Assembly: GCA_965153355.1 (NCBI GenBank)
Contig: OZ231126.1
Coordinates: forward strand, 24,304,001-24,368,000
DNA length: 64,000 bases
Reading direction: 5' to 3'
Source of the DNA: Flaccisagitta enflata
Lineage: Eukaryota
Shown here: positions 48,721-64,000 of the stretch, one piece after another
How the letters are laid out: each line of letters starts with the position of its first letter
Position numbering within the stretch: position 1 is the stretch's first letter
Program-made: the position numbers and the translations under genes
The notes under the pieces: model-generated
Told to the model about the DNA's origin: nothing
Database searches by the model: none
What the model saw: only the letters and a program-made list of their open reading frames with translations

Positions 48721-50281
48721 TTGGGGGCGAGTTCAAAGAAAAAACGGAAAAAAAGAACGTCGGTTTTTTCTTTTACTTTTTAAGTATGAAAAAGGCCGTA
48801 ACTTCTAAACTATTGATGCGATTGTCCTGAAATTTGAAATACTAGCTGACATCATGCTTCTCCACGTACGAGCTAAAAATCTCGATTGTGAACCATCGTA
48901 AAGTTGGACGCACTTCTTTGCCTACACAGATGTCAGTCACACCGTTTTGAGATCTGCGAAAGTGCGATCTCCTCCTCAATGCCTTTAAATATCAGGGTCT
49001 TAAACGCGATCGTGGGGCTTGGTTTGATGATTCCATCTTGCTCCAGCGGGTGGTTGCGTAAAACTTGCTCAACTGCGGGTAAAGGATGTATTTTTATGGA
49101 GGCATTTAGTCGTACCGAAAATTACCATAGAATTTGCTACCCGAGCTAGTTAAGTCATGAAATTTGTAAAATGAAATTTAATGACAATATTGGTTTTATG
49201 TTTTCAATTAAACTGTCAACAGCCATATTTTGCATGAATTGACTTGCAAAATCCAGTTGTATACCCCAATTCTACAGCTGAAAAAACATGCAAAATTCAA
49301 AAAGAAACTACTTTTGTCAATCTACCATAGCTCATTGAAAATTCTAAATTTGCATAGAAAATCAAAATATCAACAAAACAAGAACATAGCGCGATTCCTA
49401 AAACATAAACTGAGGGCGCTATGTTCTTATTTTAATGATATTTGGATTTTTATGCAAATTTAAAATTTTCAGTGAGCAGTTACTGAAATGATTGTTGCTA
49501 TTTTTTTCACTTTTTAGTCTCATCAGAATCGAATTTTCTTCAATCTTTTAGCATGTTTGTCATTTGACAGTGACAGATCGGTTTTCTCATGTAAGTTTAC
49601 ACATTAAAGTAAAAAAAAATAAGCACAAGCATTGACCTGAGCAAAAATAGTAAAGTGAATGGTAACTTTATCCTCTGGGTAAATTCCTTTTACTTTAATT
49701 TCAGTGCGTCTTAAACAAAAGGCACCTGGTCAGTGGTCAATTAAGTATAAGAGTACTTGGCTACTAGGATAGTTCATTACCATAGCACTTTCATGCGGTG
49801 CGGTGCAATATCCCCATTTCTTGTTCAACCAATTTCGGATACAAGGGCCAAAACGGTGCGCTGGGCGTTATTGATTCTTATACCAATCCAAAGCTTCGTC
49901 AGACCTATCCCATGAATGATGAACGAGATCAGTGTTTATATTATTTCAAACATTTCCTGCGATTTTCAATTCGAGCGTGACCAACCGAAAGACAGAGCCT
50001 CTCAAAGAGGTGCTGTGGCAGTATGGAAAGAAAAGAATGCCAGAAAATGTCACCATTTTCAAATTGGCGATCCGCGAGATACCTAACAAATACGGAGAAA
50101 CCCAAGCCCAAGCCCAAGCAGCAAAACAGAATGCTGCTCCTCACTTCAACTATCACAGCTTGACAATCCGGGGTATCATCAACAAGAATTCCCTCGATTT
50201 CATTCCGGCATTTCTGCGGTTTTTGCGCGAATGCATAACAGAAGGTTTTTTGCGGTCATGTGATCATGACAAAACACATCC

Positions 50282-50319
<38 letters not shown>

Positions 50320-50536
50320 GAGGTTTTGGTGCAAAGAATGCACATTTGCATCTAAATGGAATTTTGCCCGATGCGAATCGAGAGAGAGTCGTATTGTGTG
50401 GATGTTATTCAGTTCATTCTCCTTGTACCTTGCAATGGCGAAACGGGAGGAACGTAAGCACTCACGGATCGGATATCCCTGTCTCTGTCTCTGTCTATTT
50501 GTGTGTCTATCTGTCTTTCCGCCTTTCTGTCTCTCG

Positions 50537-50587
<51 letters not shown>

Positions 50588-50712
50588 GGTTTGTCAGTCT
50601 GATTATCTCTGCCTAGTTCTATGTCTAGCCATCTCAGTCTATGTTTTCTTAGTCAATATGTTTCCATTTTTGTCTCTATCACTGTTTGTCTGTCTGTCTG
50701 TCTGTCTGTCTA

Positions 50713-50860
<148 letters not shown>

Positions 50861-52179
50861 CCATACCTCTAATGGTTTCTTGGCGCCGTTTCCTACCTTT
50901 TCTCCCTATCGTCCTAAGAAAGGAAATGCCCGGATATCATGATTCAGATTTCATTCCTGACTGTGCTACTATTTGTTAACTCTTCCTTCTTTATTCTGTA
51001 GTCTTTCCTTTTTCTTTCCATTCCTTTTTTTCTGGTTTGTGCTTCATCCGTAGCATTAGTTCCTTTCATACTCTCACGCACATATGGCGTATTATTCTCT
51101 TCTTTTTTCGTTTTGATTATGTATTCATCCATTCATTCATTCATTCATTCATTCATTCATTCATTCATTCATTCATTCATTCATTCATTCATTCATTCAT
51201 TCATTCATTCATTCATTCATTAATCATCAGTTAGGATGCGATTATGGTACTCAAAACTAAGACTTTCAAACGTTACTTTCTTTTGCGACGACTAGCGGAA
51301 ATGAATTCTTTACCCCCGTAACATTGATTCCATGTAGAAATTGAGCTATCAAAGTGATAGTTTAAGCCAATTTATGAAAAAGAGTTACAAAATTCCAGAC
51401 TGACCGAGAAACGACCGGCACAAACGACAATTGCTCTGAGCTCTCATAGTCTGATGATTGGCGAACAGAAACTTCGTCTCCGCGCCACTTTAGTGACTGG
51501 CGATATCTAACATTCAATGATTCTTGGCGAAACTGTCATAGCGAGTTCGACGTCCGGCGTCAAGTACCCCCTGTCTGACTTTCGCGACCCGCATCCGCGA
51601 GTCGTCCAAATAGTGAAACTGAAACTTAACGATGTTGCAACGAAGGTACAGTGCAGTGCGGTACGATCAGACAACTTCAATGGAACATATTAAATCAAAC
51701 GCTCGTGAGGCTCAGGTGATGTTTCGATTTCTTTCAGTGATCCTTCATTTTCTTGAGGTACTGCGATAATTATATTACTTCCTAATAGTTGAATGTATAG
51801 AGCTACTCTCGATAATGTTTTGACATTCATCAGTTAATGAAGTAATTGATCCATTTTGATAGCTGCAATATGCAAATAAGGTTGTGCCACGTCGTAATCC
51901 TAGAGTGTAGGCCACGATTAGTCAGTCGAGGTACCTTTTTCTGTTATTACATCCGCATGTCCGTTATCTGCCAACGGGCGGACCCACTGGCTTACTAGGC
52001 CTTTCTCTTTCACTTATCGACATAATATTTCCATCTTCACTTATATGGTAATTGCTGATGATAAGTCCACAGGAGAGCTATTTACTTTTTTCGACTTGGT
52101 TCTTGTTCTTGTTTCTTCGCCTCGAAAGAAATGATTCGAAAAAAAAACAAGAATTGACTCTCACAAGTTTGAGGGAAGC

Positions 52180-52585
52180 CAAGAGCGAGGCAATTTCATC
52201 AACAAATTGAAAAAAGTCGAATTATGTAATGCGACTTTTTGAAACAGGGGAGAATTAAAGTTTTCTATTTTTGGTTTTGGACAATTTAAGAAAGTTCTGC
52301 ATTTTTTTGGCTGGGAGTAGACATTTTTAAATTTCTTTTTATATTCATAGCTAAGAAAGAGCTTATTTTTCTCTTTCAAATGGCGCTAACAAAAAGTATC
52401 TGTAATCATTAATGTAGACATTATGAATTTTTGAATCTTTTTTTTATCTTTTTAAATTTTTGCGAAAATCAATACTTTTCATTGATCCTTTTTTTTGTCT
52501 TTATATAACAATAAAGAGATGAGTCAAGATGATACACAAATTGACCCTAACTTTTATGACTAGCTTTTACGTTTTACTCTGCTTG
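52180..52585. mobile_element. Unclassified AT-rich interspersed repeat (split copies at 3576-3716+5782-5960, 11015-11400, 20050-20260)
   Basis: Shared blocks ATAGCTAAGAAAGARCT...CTTTCARATGGCGC and TTTTATGAC...TTTTACTCTGCTTG, ending at (GA)n in two copies. Confidence 0.65.
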
Positions 52586-52665
52586 AGAGAGAGAGAAAGA
52601 GAGAGAAAGAAAGAGAAAGAAAGAAACACACATACACGCACACAAATTCACATAAAGATACAGAC

Positions 52666-52704
<39 letters not shown>

Positions 52705-54021
52705 ATACAGAAGAACATGTATTGAAAAAAGAGACTGCCATTTACAACTTTTCTCCGGTTGGCGAGAGCCGCCTTTATTGGTAGGGGCGCATTCAGACTC
52801 TGCATTAGGGTCGAATAAACAGCAAACATTGTCATGCGCGGATGGACGGGGGCGATAACTGACTGTCTGACCATCTGATAAAAAAGTGAATATTGTGATA
52901 AAAGGGCACACGACTAAAAAGAAAATTAGACGTCATTGTACGTGGAAGAGTAAATTCACTTCATTTTTCTATTTTGCCCCACAAAATGTCAAAAATTGGA
53001 GAAGAAAAATTTTACAATGACGCAGTGTTCGGGAAGAAGAAATGTCATGCGTTATTACAATTTTTTAGATATTTCTTGAATTATTTTTCTATAATTTTTT
53101 TTTATTGAAAATTATTTTTCATTTGTTTAACAACAAATTTTTGCATAGATAACCTCTGACATACAAGTTTGATGTACATTATGTAATACATAAAGTAGAA
53201 AAAAGAAGATTTTTTAAAGAAATTTTTACTTATCATATTACTTCTGTTAAATGAAATTATATCAGTGCTTACAAATAAAGAAATTTGCATTTCCAAAAAC
53301 ATGACCTCTTTTTAAAAACATATAAAAGAAAGGGCCATGTTCTTAGAAATGCAAAATTTTCTTTACTGAGGCCGTGATATAATTTTATCTATCAATGTTT
53401 TTAAATTTTGTTTACTATTTTTCTAAGGAATTCAAATATTCAATTTTCATTGCTGATTGCTATGAAACAATAGTCAGCATTCTGGATTTAAAAATATTAT
53501 AAAAACACCTTATACATAACATCAAAAATACTTAACAGAAATCCCAATAATATAATATAATATTTTTATTATACATCTATATTACAAACAAAAAGTAAAA
53601 TGAAACCAAAATTTCCTGTTCCTGTACACCATGGCTTATTGCAAGACGACTTTTCTTTTCTTCGCTAGTCAAGCGTTTGTTTTTTTCGTCTAACTCTCTG
53701 TTCAAGAAAATGTTTTGCTCTCGTAAGACGTCCTCGTTGTTGTTGTTGTTGTTGTTAACCGGGGGAGTCTACCCGGGAAGACGTCCTTGTCTCCTACTCT
53801 TGCGTCAGGAATCACGGGCCGTGTCACTGGCGCCGAAGCTGCTGGATACTTGGATACTCGAAGTTCTGAGAGAGGAAACTGTCAAGCGCAGCGATACATA
53901 CTTTTGCCGGAGACGCTGGATGTACCCTGAATTATTTGTTAGTCATCCCATCTTTATACTTAGTAAAATTTTTTCAATAGTTTCATGATTGATCGTGATT
54001 TTTTATGTTCATTTCTGCACC

Positions 54022-54141
54022 CTTGAGGGCATTTTCTTTCAAAGATTGAGGGCATTTTCTTTCAAAGATTGAGGGCAGCGGTCCGTAGACTATAACAGCT
54101 CACGCGCAACGGTCCGTAGACTATAACAGCTCACGCGCAAC
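54022..54141. repeat. Two adjacent perfect micro-duplications (24 bp and 32 bp)
   Basis: TTGAGGGCATTTTCTTTCAAAGA x2 and CGGTCCGTAGACTATAACAGCTCACGCGCAA x2. Confidence 0.85.
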
Positions 54142-55722
54142 TTCTCTCGCACGACTCGCACCTAGCTTACTCCACCATATGACAATGTGAAAGTTGGAAA
54201 GGTCTTGGCAAGAATGAACTTCAGCCATTGTAAAAACAAGGCCGGATACACGGCTACAGCAGTCGTCATTGCTGGTGGATAAACCGTGAAAAAAGCTGGC
54301 GACGGGCCGACGGACCGACGGACAGGGCAGGTTGTGGAGTCGCGTGCACGCGACAAACAATGAAATTGCGCTGCGGGAACAACATAGATCATTTGGGTCA
54401 TTTCTGCTGCCCGTCGATTTCATGACCATGTTTATTTTCCCACCGCTAATGAAAAGGGTTGACTGTTTTGTCTCTCGCCATTTTTCGCCAAATCGAAGAC
54501 GATTTTTAAAAACAGATTTAGAATCAGCAAAGCTCAATCTACAAGGCTTGTAGGCGAACATGACCACACGGTTCTCTGATTCTGGTCAAAACGAGGTTTT
54601 CTAAGCATCTTTTTATTTTCTGTTAATTATTACAATTTTCATCGCCAAAAAAAGCACTGTGGTCTGACTCTGTGATAAATTAAGCAAAGTCTGATAAAAA
54701 TAATGATGTTTTCCTAAATTTTGTAGCAGCTAGGCAAGGGTCGAGGAACATTAAAATTTCTGACAACTTTTTTCTCTCCCTCAATCTCTCTAAGTTGGCG
54801 CGTTTTAGTAGCCTACTTATAGTATAAGAGACAAAACTCGATACCACAGATTGATTCATTTATTCGTTAATTTGTTCATCCATTCATTTACGTAATCATT
54901 CATACATTCATTCATTCATTCATTCATTCATTCATTCATTCATTCATTCATTCACTCATTCATTCATTTATTCTTTCATTCGTTCGTTCGTTCGTTCGTT
55001 CATCCATTCATTCATTCATCCATTCATTCATTCATTCATTCATTCATTCATTCATTAATTCATTCATTCATTCATTCATTCATTCATTCATTCATTCATT
55101 CATTATTTCATTATTTCATTATTTCATTATTTCATTCGTTCGTTTTTTCGTTCACCCATTCTTTCTTTCATCCCCTCGTTCCTTCAATCTTTCTATCACC
55201 CATCTGCAAGCCTCGTTAGCCTTCTTATACTAGTTATAGTTATTGCCCACCAACAGTTGAGCTTGGCACAATGCTCCCCATACCATGGAATTCAGTATAT
55301 CGTGTAGTTTATAAGCTGCAATATTGATGAAATGCATTCTATGCTGATTCACTGTAATTTTGGATCATTGCATTGGTTACTCAGAAATACTCGGTCTTAG
55401 ATAATGATAGCCTCAACTGCAGACCTGTTCAAATAATGCCGTCTTACTTGCATTTACCCGTCGACATCGAGTGCCGCGAAATCTAAAGAGAATCAATCGT
55501 AGGTGATCGCTCGGTCAAATTAGCTTAGATAACAACGGCGAGCTTTGCTTGGATTTCCTTGTGAACCTACCGCATTCTGACGGCCGGAATAAACGAACAG
55601 ATTGTACAATATTGATCGAAGAAGCTGAGAACGCCTTCCGATATCACATTTCATCACTAAACCTTCTGCTTTCTTCTACTTTCTTTATCCTTTCTTTCAA
55701 TCATCCATTACTTGTGACTCTC

Positions 55723-55839
<117 letters not shown>

Positions 55840-56446
55840 CACAGTCTCTCTCTCTCTCTCTCTGGCACAGTCATAAGGCAGAACAATTAATTGTTTTATT
55901 CAACATCAACTAGTTCGACAAATATTGACCTCGCCAGGATTTTCTAGTTTGATTTAAAAAGTTGCAATCACACTTATCATGTCCACTGATGCTGTTGCAC
56001 TTTTTACTTGTGTCGTAAGATTTTAAAGATTAATTCTCATTAAAATTTTTGTTCCCCTGAATAAAGTCAATGCATTTGATACACAGTAATCATCCAAGGA
56101 ATCAGGTCTTTCAATCGAAATGAAAAACTGTTGTTTCAGAAATTCAAAGTTACATTCTTTTGTTTGCCGTTTTAAAGAGCTTGAGCTACAGGGACAAAGT
56201 TCTTCAAAAAAATTTTGTGTAGGATAATTTGTCATTTTAAAAGGGTCATAGCTTCTCCAGGGAGCCCATGTATCTAAGGTAGACGGTGTCGCTAAACTTT
56301 TTCCAAAGATAGTATGACTGGAATGAAACATCAATGAATCACCATTTTCATTCTGACAGGCTCCTTTTGTTTAATCCAAATGCAAACAAGGAGCTTAATT
56401 GAATGGAGAAGCTATTTTGATATTAACTAGCGATGGTTAAACACGT

Positions 56447-56598
56447 TTTTTAGTTGCGGACACGCAACTCTTTAAGAGGCTTTGTCCGTCCGTTGGTCAG
56501 TCGGTCCGTCGGTCCGTCCGTCCGTAACCATCGAGTCGAAAAGTGGGAAAACGCGCATTTCCGCCCCTGCAACTGATGGCCGTGTATCCGGCCTTGTT
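56447..56598 (+). mobile_element. HINE/DINE-1-like element (relative at 58799-58933)
   Basis: Nearly identical to 11118-11278. Confidence 0.8.
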
Positions 56599-56705
56599 TC
56601 TGTAAAATTCCAAAAGAGCTCAGAAAATGAGTTTTCACGTTGTATCAACGGAAAAGAAGTGAGAGAGAGAAAGAAACAGAGAGAAAGAAACAGAGAGAAA
56701 GAAAC

Positions 56706-56766
<61 letters not shown>

Positions 56767-57539
56767 AACCAACAGACAGAGCGACAGAGAGACAGACAGA
56801 TAGACAAATCGAAAATATTGTTTCCCGAGCTTTTAGCGTGTCGCAACAAAGAAATCTTTTGTCTCGATTTGCATAACTCGATCGCCAAGTTCCGTTTTAG
56901 CAGATTTTTCCTCTTCTTTTCTTTCTCTTTTTTCGAGTGTCTCTGCGAAAATGATATTATAGTTTTAAACCTTGATCTGTGCAGATGCACAGTTTTTTGC
57001 TCATTAACCCTCTTTTCCGTATTGCTGTCGGGTATTAGCTATTGACTAACTTTGAAATAGTCTTCTTTGCTGTTCATCAATGATTTCTATTTGCCAATAT
57101 CGGCAAGCAATCAGCATCGGCTATTCTAAAGAGAGAAACCTTGTTGTGTCGTCCAACCGCATATTGTACTTTTGTTTAATTTTCGTATTTGCATCATCAT
57201 TACCTGCTGTACGCGCTACATGAATTTCATGTGAAGTAAATGGATGTATATTGAGGCAGGCGCATACAATCACCATTAATTTCCCCTCTAGCCCACGACA
57301 AAGTGAACCTATAAAATGACCTCTCTCGTTCGACGATGATTGCATACTGCAAAAGCGCTGTTACCTCGAAGTCAATATTCTTTCAAAATTTGCGGCGCCG
57401 TCTTTTGAAGTTGGTTCTACCTGCATTGACCCCCTCCCGGAGTCTACACCCTTTCTTTCAACGCCTCTCAGCATCTCAGCGTGCTTCTTTCTGGCAATGC
57501 GTGCGTCTTTCTTGATACATGACGGTTGTTTTTTTTTCT

Positions 57540-58518
<979 letters not shown>

Positions 58519-59558
58519 GTAGTCATGTCGAAGCTCCATTGCATTGATTCATATCGCAATCAAGCTGTAAAGGCAGCAGAATGGGTGCGTGAAGTGAGAA
58601 AAGGGTGAAGCGCATTGGAGCGTGTCTTTCAACTTCGAGAGAAATGGTCGTTGTTGTTTCTGTTTCTGACACCCATAACTCATAACCGTGGTCTCCTTGT
58701 GAGAGACGAATGTTGTTGCCTTTATCGCTACTCCATAAATGCATCGATGGTGTCCTCGCTACCGGTACCCATGGGTCTTTATTCCGTCTTTGTTTGTTTT
58801 TTAGTTGCGGATGCGCGCCTCAACACCTTGCCGTGTCGGTCCGTCCTTCCGTCGGCCCGTCGGTCCGTAACATCTTAGAAACTGCTCCTTCCCAACTGTC
58901 CGCGACTGGATTGCCGTGTATCTGGCCTAGTTTTTCCTGACACACTAACTTAAAACTTTTGTCCTTGCATCGATTAGGGCTGATATTGTTGACAAAGGCG
59001 TCAGCCATGAATGAGATGAATCTTTGCGTGTACACTTACTACTGTATAGCACGTTTTATCATCTACCTCCGATTCACGTTGTCGTGCCGCAAAAGGTAGA
59101 TGTTTCTTCTGCTTGCAACGCCGGTGACTATGGTATCGTGAACTTTTTGTGCCAACTTGAATAATTCATTTACCTTTACAATTTCCGTTCAGAATAGTCT
59201 CCGCTGTATACCCCTCGACCCGACTCAGAGACCCCTCTTCGGCTCTCCCCTTCAATTAATCAAAACGCTCTCTAACCCCCGCCACCCCCCTCCCTTGCCC
59301 CCCCCCCCCTGCAACCCCAAATCGATATCGATGTTCATCTCTTTTCCTTGGTCCCTCGCCTATTGTACATCAGACCGCCAGTGGCGCTTCGCCTTACGTC
59401 ACACGGTCATGAAAGGTGAGAAAAGCACGCGCTCGGCTCGTGCACGTGCTTTACTGTACACGTGGGTCACATGGTTGATAAGCACGATCGGAGGGGCGCG
59501 TCAAAATAAAAAAAACCAAAAACAGAAAGACAGAAAGATAGAAAGAAAGTAAGAAGGA

Positions 59559-59654
<96 letters not shown>

Positions 59655-60538
59655 GAGAAAGAGAGAAAGACAAAAAGAAAAAAAGAAAGACAGATAGTAA
59701 GAAAAAAGATTAAGAAGAAGTAACAGGCCGGATAATCTTTCTGTAGCGGACAGAACTAGATAGGAGCCATGATCATTGATCAGTGATCATTTCAATGCAT
59801 TCAGGCAGCAGTGATACATATTTCCTTAGTTAGCAGCTAGTGACCCAACGAGTAACACACAACTGGCGGAATTATAACCGACATTGACAAAGGAACTTCA
59901 GAAACAACTATTCGCATATTCGCGGAATCCGATTTACAGGTTACGAGTGCGTGTACTTCAGATCTTACCCCCCCCCCTCTCGAGAACGCGTGAGGTGGTG
60001 GCACAGTGACACAGTGACGCGACGGGGAACGTTAAAAATGTAGGCCGACGGAGAGGGACTGATCTAAATCATTTTGCGGGCGCGTAACGAGCTTCGGATG
60101 CGTCTTTTATAACGAGCGTCTGATTACCGTCTCGGGAGAATGAATAATGAAGAACAGTTGCCATTTTTTCGATGACGTCGAGACGAAGAACAGAAAAGGA
60201 TTGCTCCTTTTCCCTTTCGCTTTCCCTTTCGCTCTCAGTCTTTCTCTCTTTCCCCTCATTTTATTTATCGGTGTCGCGGGACAAATTCATTTGCATTTCT
60301 TCTTTCTTACTTTCTTATTTTCTTTTTCTCTCTCTCTCTTCTTTCTTTCATTATTCTTCTTGGTTTTATTGGAAGAGAATCAGTGTATTGATTTTTTTGC
60401 TAGGTTTTTGATAGGTGTCTCTGCTTATCTGCTTATGGGACTAGGATTTTACAGGAAAAAGAGGTAGCAGAATGCACACCAGAGTTAGGGAAGACATTGT
60501 CATTAGCACACATGCAAATAGCCCAAATTGGTCAGGGT

Positions 60539-60863
60539 CAGGAGTGGCGAAACAGGGGCACATACTTTGTTATGCCTCGGAACTATAACACAAAAGTCGG
60601 ACTTATAGGATTTGTCTTGAAAAAATTGGAAAAGAAGAAAAAAATAAGGCGGAAAATGGAAAAATTAGAAGGATAAACAGAGGTGGTAGTTTTGATCACT
60701 TTACTTTTGTTGTGGGAACTCATTTTCCATGAATTGAAAAGAAAAATGCAGAAAACTAGCAGTTTTATGCAATATTTTCATAATAATAGTTGATCTTTAA
60801 AAGTCGGACTTATAGCGCTGCGAAAACTTGTGCCCTGGACCTATAGAATTTTCTGCCACCCTG
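60539..60863. mobile_element. hAT-like MITE
   Basis: Imperfect TIR CAGGAGTGGCGAAA / TTTCTGCCACCCTG; 8-bp TSD GTCAGGGT vs GTCGGGGT (7/8). Confidence 0.7.
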
Positions 60864-61562
60864 GTCGGGGTAAACAAGTTGTCTAAAGTGATTTTCTAGA
60901 TATGGCCATCCGCTCTTCCTCCGGTTTTCGACCAACTTTTATGTGTCATATACATCTGTGCATATATATTTGCATCACCACCACCCTCATCTCTCCTTTC
61001 TCTCGCAAGGATGTGAATTCTTCCAACCCCCAACTAAGCCCTCAGCTTGACCCTCAGTTCAGAATTCTTTTCTTTTCACCTTGGCACTTTCTGGTTTCTT
61101 TCTGTCAGCGTCTCTTGAATCTTGATCATATGCAGATGTGCACCGTGGAAAAAAAAAGAATAAAAGACCTGCATCTCCTCTCTCATCCGCTTTTCCCCAT
61201 TCTTGGTCTTTTTCTGTCACATTTTCGATGTGCAAAGTGACAGAACCCTCACGTTTCCATCAAAGGTTTGGGCGTGGAGGAAAACATGGGGAGGAACGGC
61301 AATGAATGGAGGAGGAGAAAGTGGGAGAGAGGAAGAGGAGGAAGAGGAGGAGGACAAGCGAGAATTAGGAAATAGCATCATTCCAAGTCTTCAGTCTTGC
61401 TGACTCACCGATTTTGGTTTCCAAACGCGAAGTTATGTCTGAGATTTTTGAGTAAGTTACATGCCGTTGAGGAGTATTGAACAAGGAGACGTGATCGAAT
61501 TAAGTTTTTTCTTCATTTACTTTCTCTCTCTGTCTCTCTGTCTCTTTGTCTCACAGTCTCTT

Positions 61563-61665
<103 letters not shown>

Positions 61666-62325
61666 TTTCTCACCTTTGCCTCTCCAATATACATCTTTCT
61701 CTGCCCCTCTCCTTTCCTCTTTCGCCTTTTTTCTTCTCCCCGGGCGGTCGTGAGGAGAGGCTCCATCTGTTTGTCCGTTTTGTTAACATTTGTTTCTCAG
61801 TTTGTTTCCATATCTCCGTTTCTAATCCGGGATTAGAGATCGGAGACAAATAAACCGGCCAAGACGAAGGAGGTCCACAAAGTTGCACAGAGATCGAGCA
61901 TGTCTTGCCCCGCTGTCGGTAGACGAAAATATTGGTGCGAACTGTCTCTCGTTTTTGGAGGGATGGAGCCGGGCAGATGGTTACGAGTAAAATGAGAAAG
62001 CAGGCGATGGAAATCATAAGATAAACAGAAGAAGAAGAAGAAGAAGAAGAAGAAGAAGAAGAAGAAGAAGATAAAGAAAAAAAGAAAAGAAAAAAGAAAA
62101 GAAAAGAAAAGAAAAGAAAAGAAGAAAGAGATAAAGGAAGAAGAAGATGAAAAGAAAAGGAAGAAGAAGAAGAGGAGCGAAGAAAGAGGGCTGAAAAGAA
62201 AGAAGACGAAGAAGAGAAGAAGAAGAAGAAGAAGAAAGAAGAGAGAGGAAGAGAGAGGAGTAGAAGAGAGGAGGAGAGGAAGAAAAGAGAAGAAGAAGAG
62301 AAGAAAAAAGAAAAGAAAAGAAAAG

Positions 62326-64000
62326 AATAGTCAGAGCGTTACATGGTCAGCGTGCCATGCCCCTATGTTAGTTTATTTTGTTATTAGATGATGAGTGGGG
62401 CAGCGGCCCCAGAGGGGCCAATGACCTATGATTCCATACTGGACAATTGCTGGGTCTTTAATGCACCCATTTTGAGTCTAAATAGCCTGATTTGAGATTA
62501 ATTTCTGATTTAAGGTCTGAGATGCCTGATTTGAGATTTGAGAGGTTTAAGCTTCATTTGGGCTTGAAACCTGATCTTAGAAGTCCCTAGTTAAGGTCAG
62601 AGCCTGTTTGGCAAACTGGAAGGGAGGGCTGATGTGGGTCTGATAGGCCTAGTTTGAGGTCTCAAAGATCTGATTTTGGGTTTGAAAAGCCAGATTTGGA
62701 TCTGAGAGAACTGAAACTAAATACCCAAATACTGAATTAGGGTCTGGGAAGCGTTTGGTCTGAATAGCCTGATCAAGAAATCTAAAAAACCTGATAAAGG
62801 GTCTGTTAGGCCTAGATTTTAGATCTGAAAAACCCTGATTAGTTCTTAGAGGCCTGAATTGAGATTCAGAGGCCTAGTTGGGAGTCTGACCACTGACTTG
62901 GGAGTCTGGCAGAGCCTGATTGAGGCTCTGAAGACCTAGGGTGAGTCTGGAAGAGCCTGATTTGGATCCTAATAGGCCAGATTGGGGTCCTGAGAGGCCT
63001 AGATTGAGGTCTGGAAGCTCTGATTTGGATCTGAAGTAGGCCTGATTGGGAGTCTGAAAGGCCATTCCCGAGGCCCAGAGTTTATTTTCTATGAAGAGAG
63101 GGACAGGCGGACGGGCGGACGGACGGACGGATGGACGGACAGAAACCAGAAAATTTGCCCTGTGTGGAATCATAGGTCCTCGGCCCCTCCGAGGCCGCTG
63201 CCCAAACTAGTCATCCAAGTGCACATGGTCAAGCGGTACCGATGTACACCAAACTGATGATTAGCGGGCGGGGAGCAGGGCAGCGGCACGAGGGACGATG
63301 TCCTGTAGGACACAGGGTGAATTTCCAGATATACTGTGAGGGCATATTTGAGGACTTGAGTTGATTGATTGGAGAACAGTAATGAGATTAGGGATGAGGG
63401 CAGATTTGACCCTGAGAGGGTCATTTTGAGGGCTGAATTGAGACAGATATTAGGTTTGAGAGGTCTGATTTCAGGCCTGAAATGGTTGATTTTGGGCCTG
63501 ACAAGGCTGATCTAGTACCTTAGTGGGCTGATTTTGGGCTTGAGTGAGCTAATTTAAGATCTAGAAGCGCTGATTTTGGGCCTGAGAGGGGTGATTTTGG
63601 GTCTCAGAGGGCTGACTTGGGGCCTGGGAGGGCTGATTTGGGGTCTGGGCGATTTGGGGCCTGAGAGGGCCTCGGAGACGTGCGTACGTGCGGACATACG
63701 GAACGTCTGGAAATTCATCACATGTCCTACAAGGACATCGGCCTTGCAGGCGCTGCCCAAGAAGGAAAAGAAGACAGAATCATCTAAAGATGCTTACACA
63801 TAGTCCATCAGTACCCCATTACCCTACTTGGAGTAGATCCTTGAAGTAGGTGAGCAGGGCACTGGCGGCCCCAAGGCCGATGTCTGTAGGACAGGTGAAT
63901 TCATACGTCCTGAGAGGGCATATTTGAGGGTAATTTTCCCGTGATATTCATTGGGAATTTTGCATTTTTCTCAATTTTTTTTCAATTTATATGTGTTATT
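62326..64000 (-). mobile_element. Three head-to-tail long-IR HINE-like elements (62326-63206, 63207-63770, ~63780 to window end)
   Basis: Reverse-complement matches to the IR and 3' tail of 12695-13186 and 27222-27831. Confidence 0.75.

Noticed and set aside
53828-53837. TGGCGCCGAA primer-binding-site-like motif of an LTR element
   Set aside because: No paired LTR, gag/pol remnant or TSD found nearby.

Overview
Repeat-rich eukaryotic (most likely invertebrate animal) genomic DNA with no prokaryotic features. The only well-supported host genes are two minus-strand paralogs of the DUF229 family (alkaline-phosphatase/sulfatase superfamily, type II membrane proteins). Copy A (10043->~413) has 9 exons joined by 8 phase-compatible GT-AG introns, and its last exon is interrupted by a short repeat. 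Copy B (25610->22532) has its whole catalytic region in one ~1.8-kb exon. Between them lies a 5'-truncated, dead Penelope-like retroelement (RT + GIY-YIG); a second 3' fragment of the same family sits at ~32.6-33.0 kb. Both copies keep a non-canonical minimal hammerhead-like motif and a pseudoknot-like structure behind the ORF. The rest is microsatellites, mini/satellites, many Helentron-associated (HINE/DINE-1-like) short elements, TIR MITEs (hAT-like and Tc1/mariner-like), a decayed Tc1 transposase and a long-TIR DNA transposon. Most ORFs in the supplied track are microsatellite artefacts. All family assignments are by-eye motif recognition; no database searches were run.
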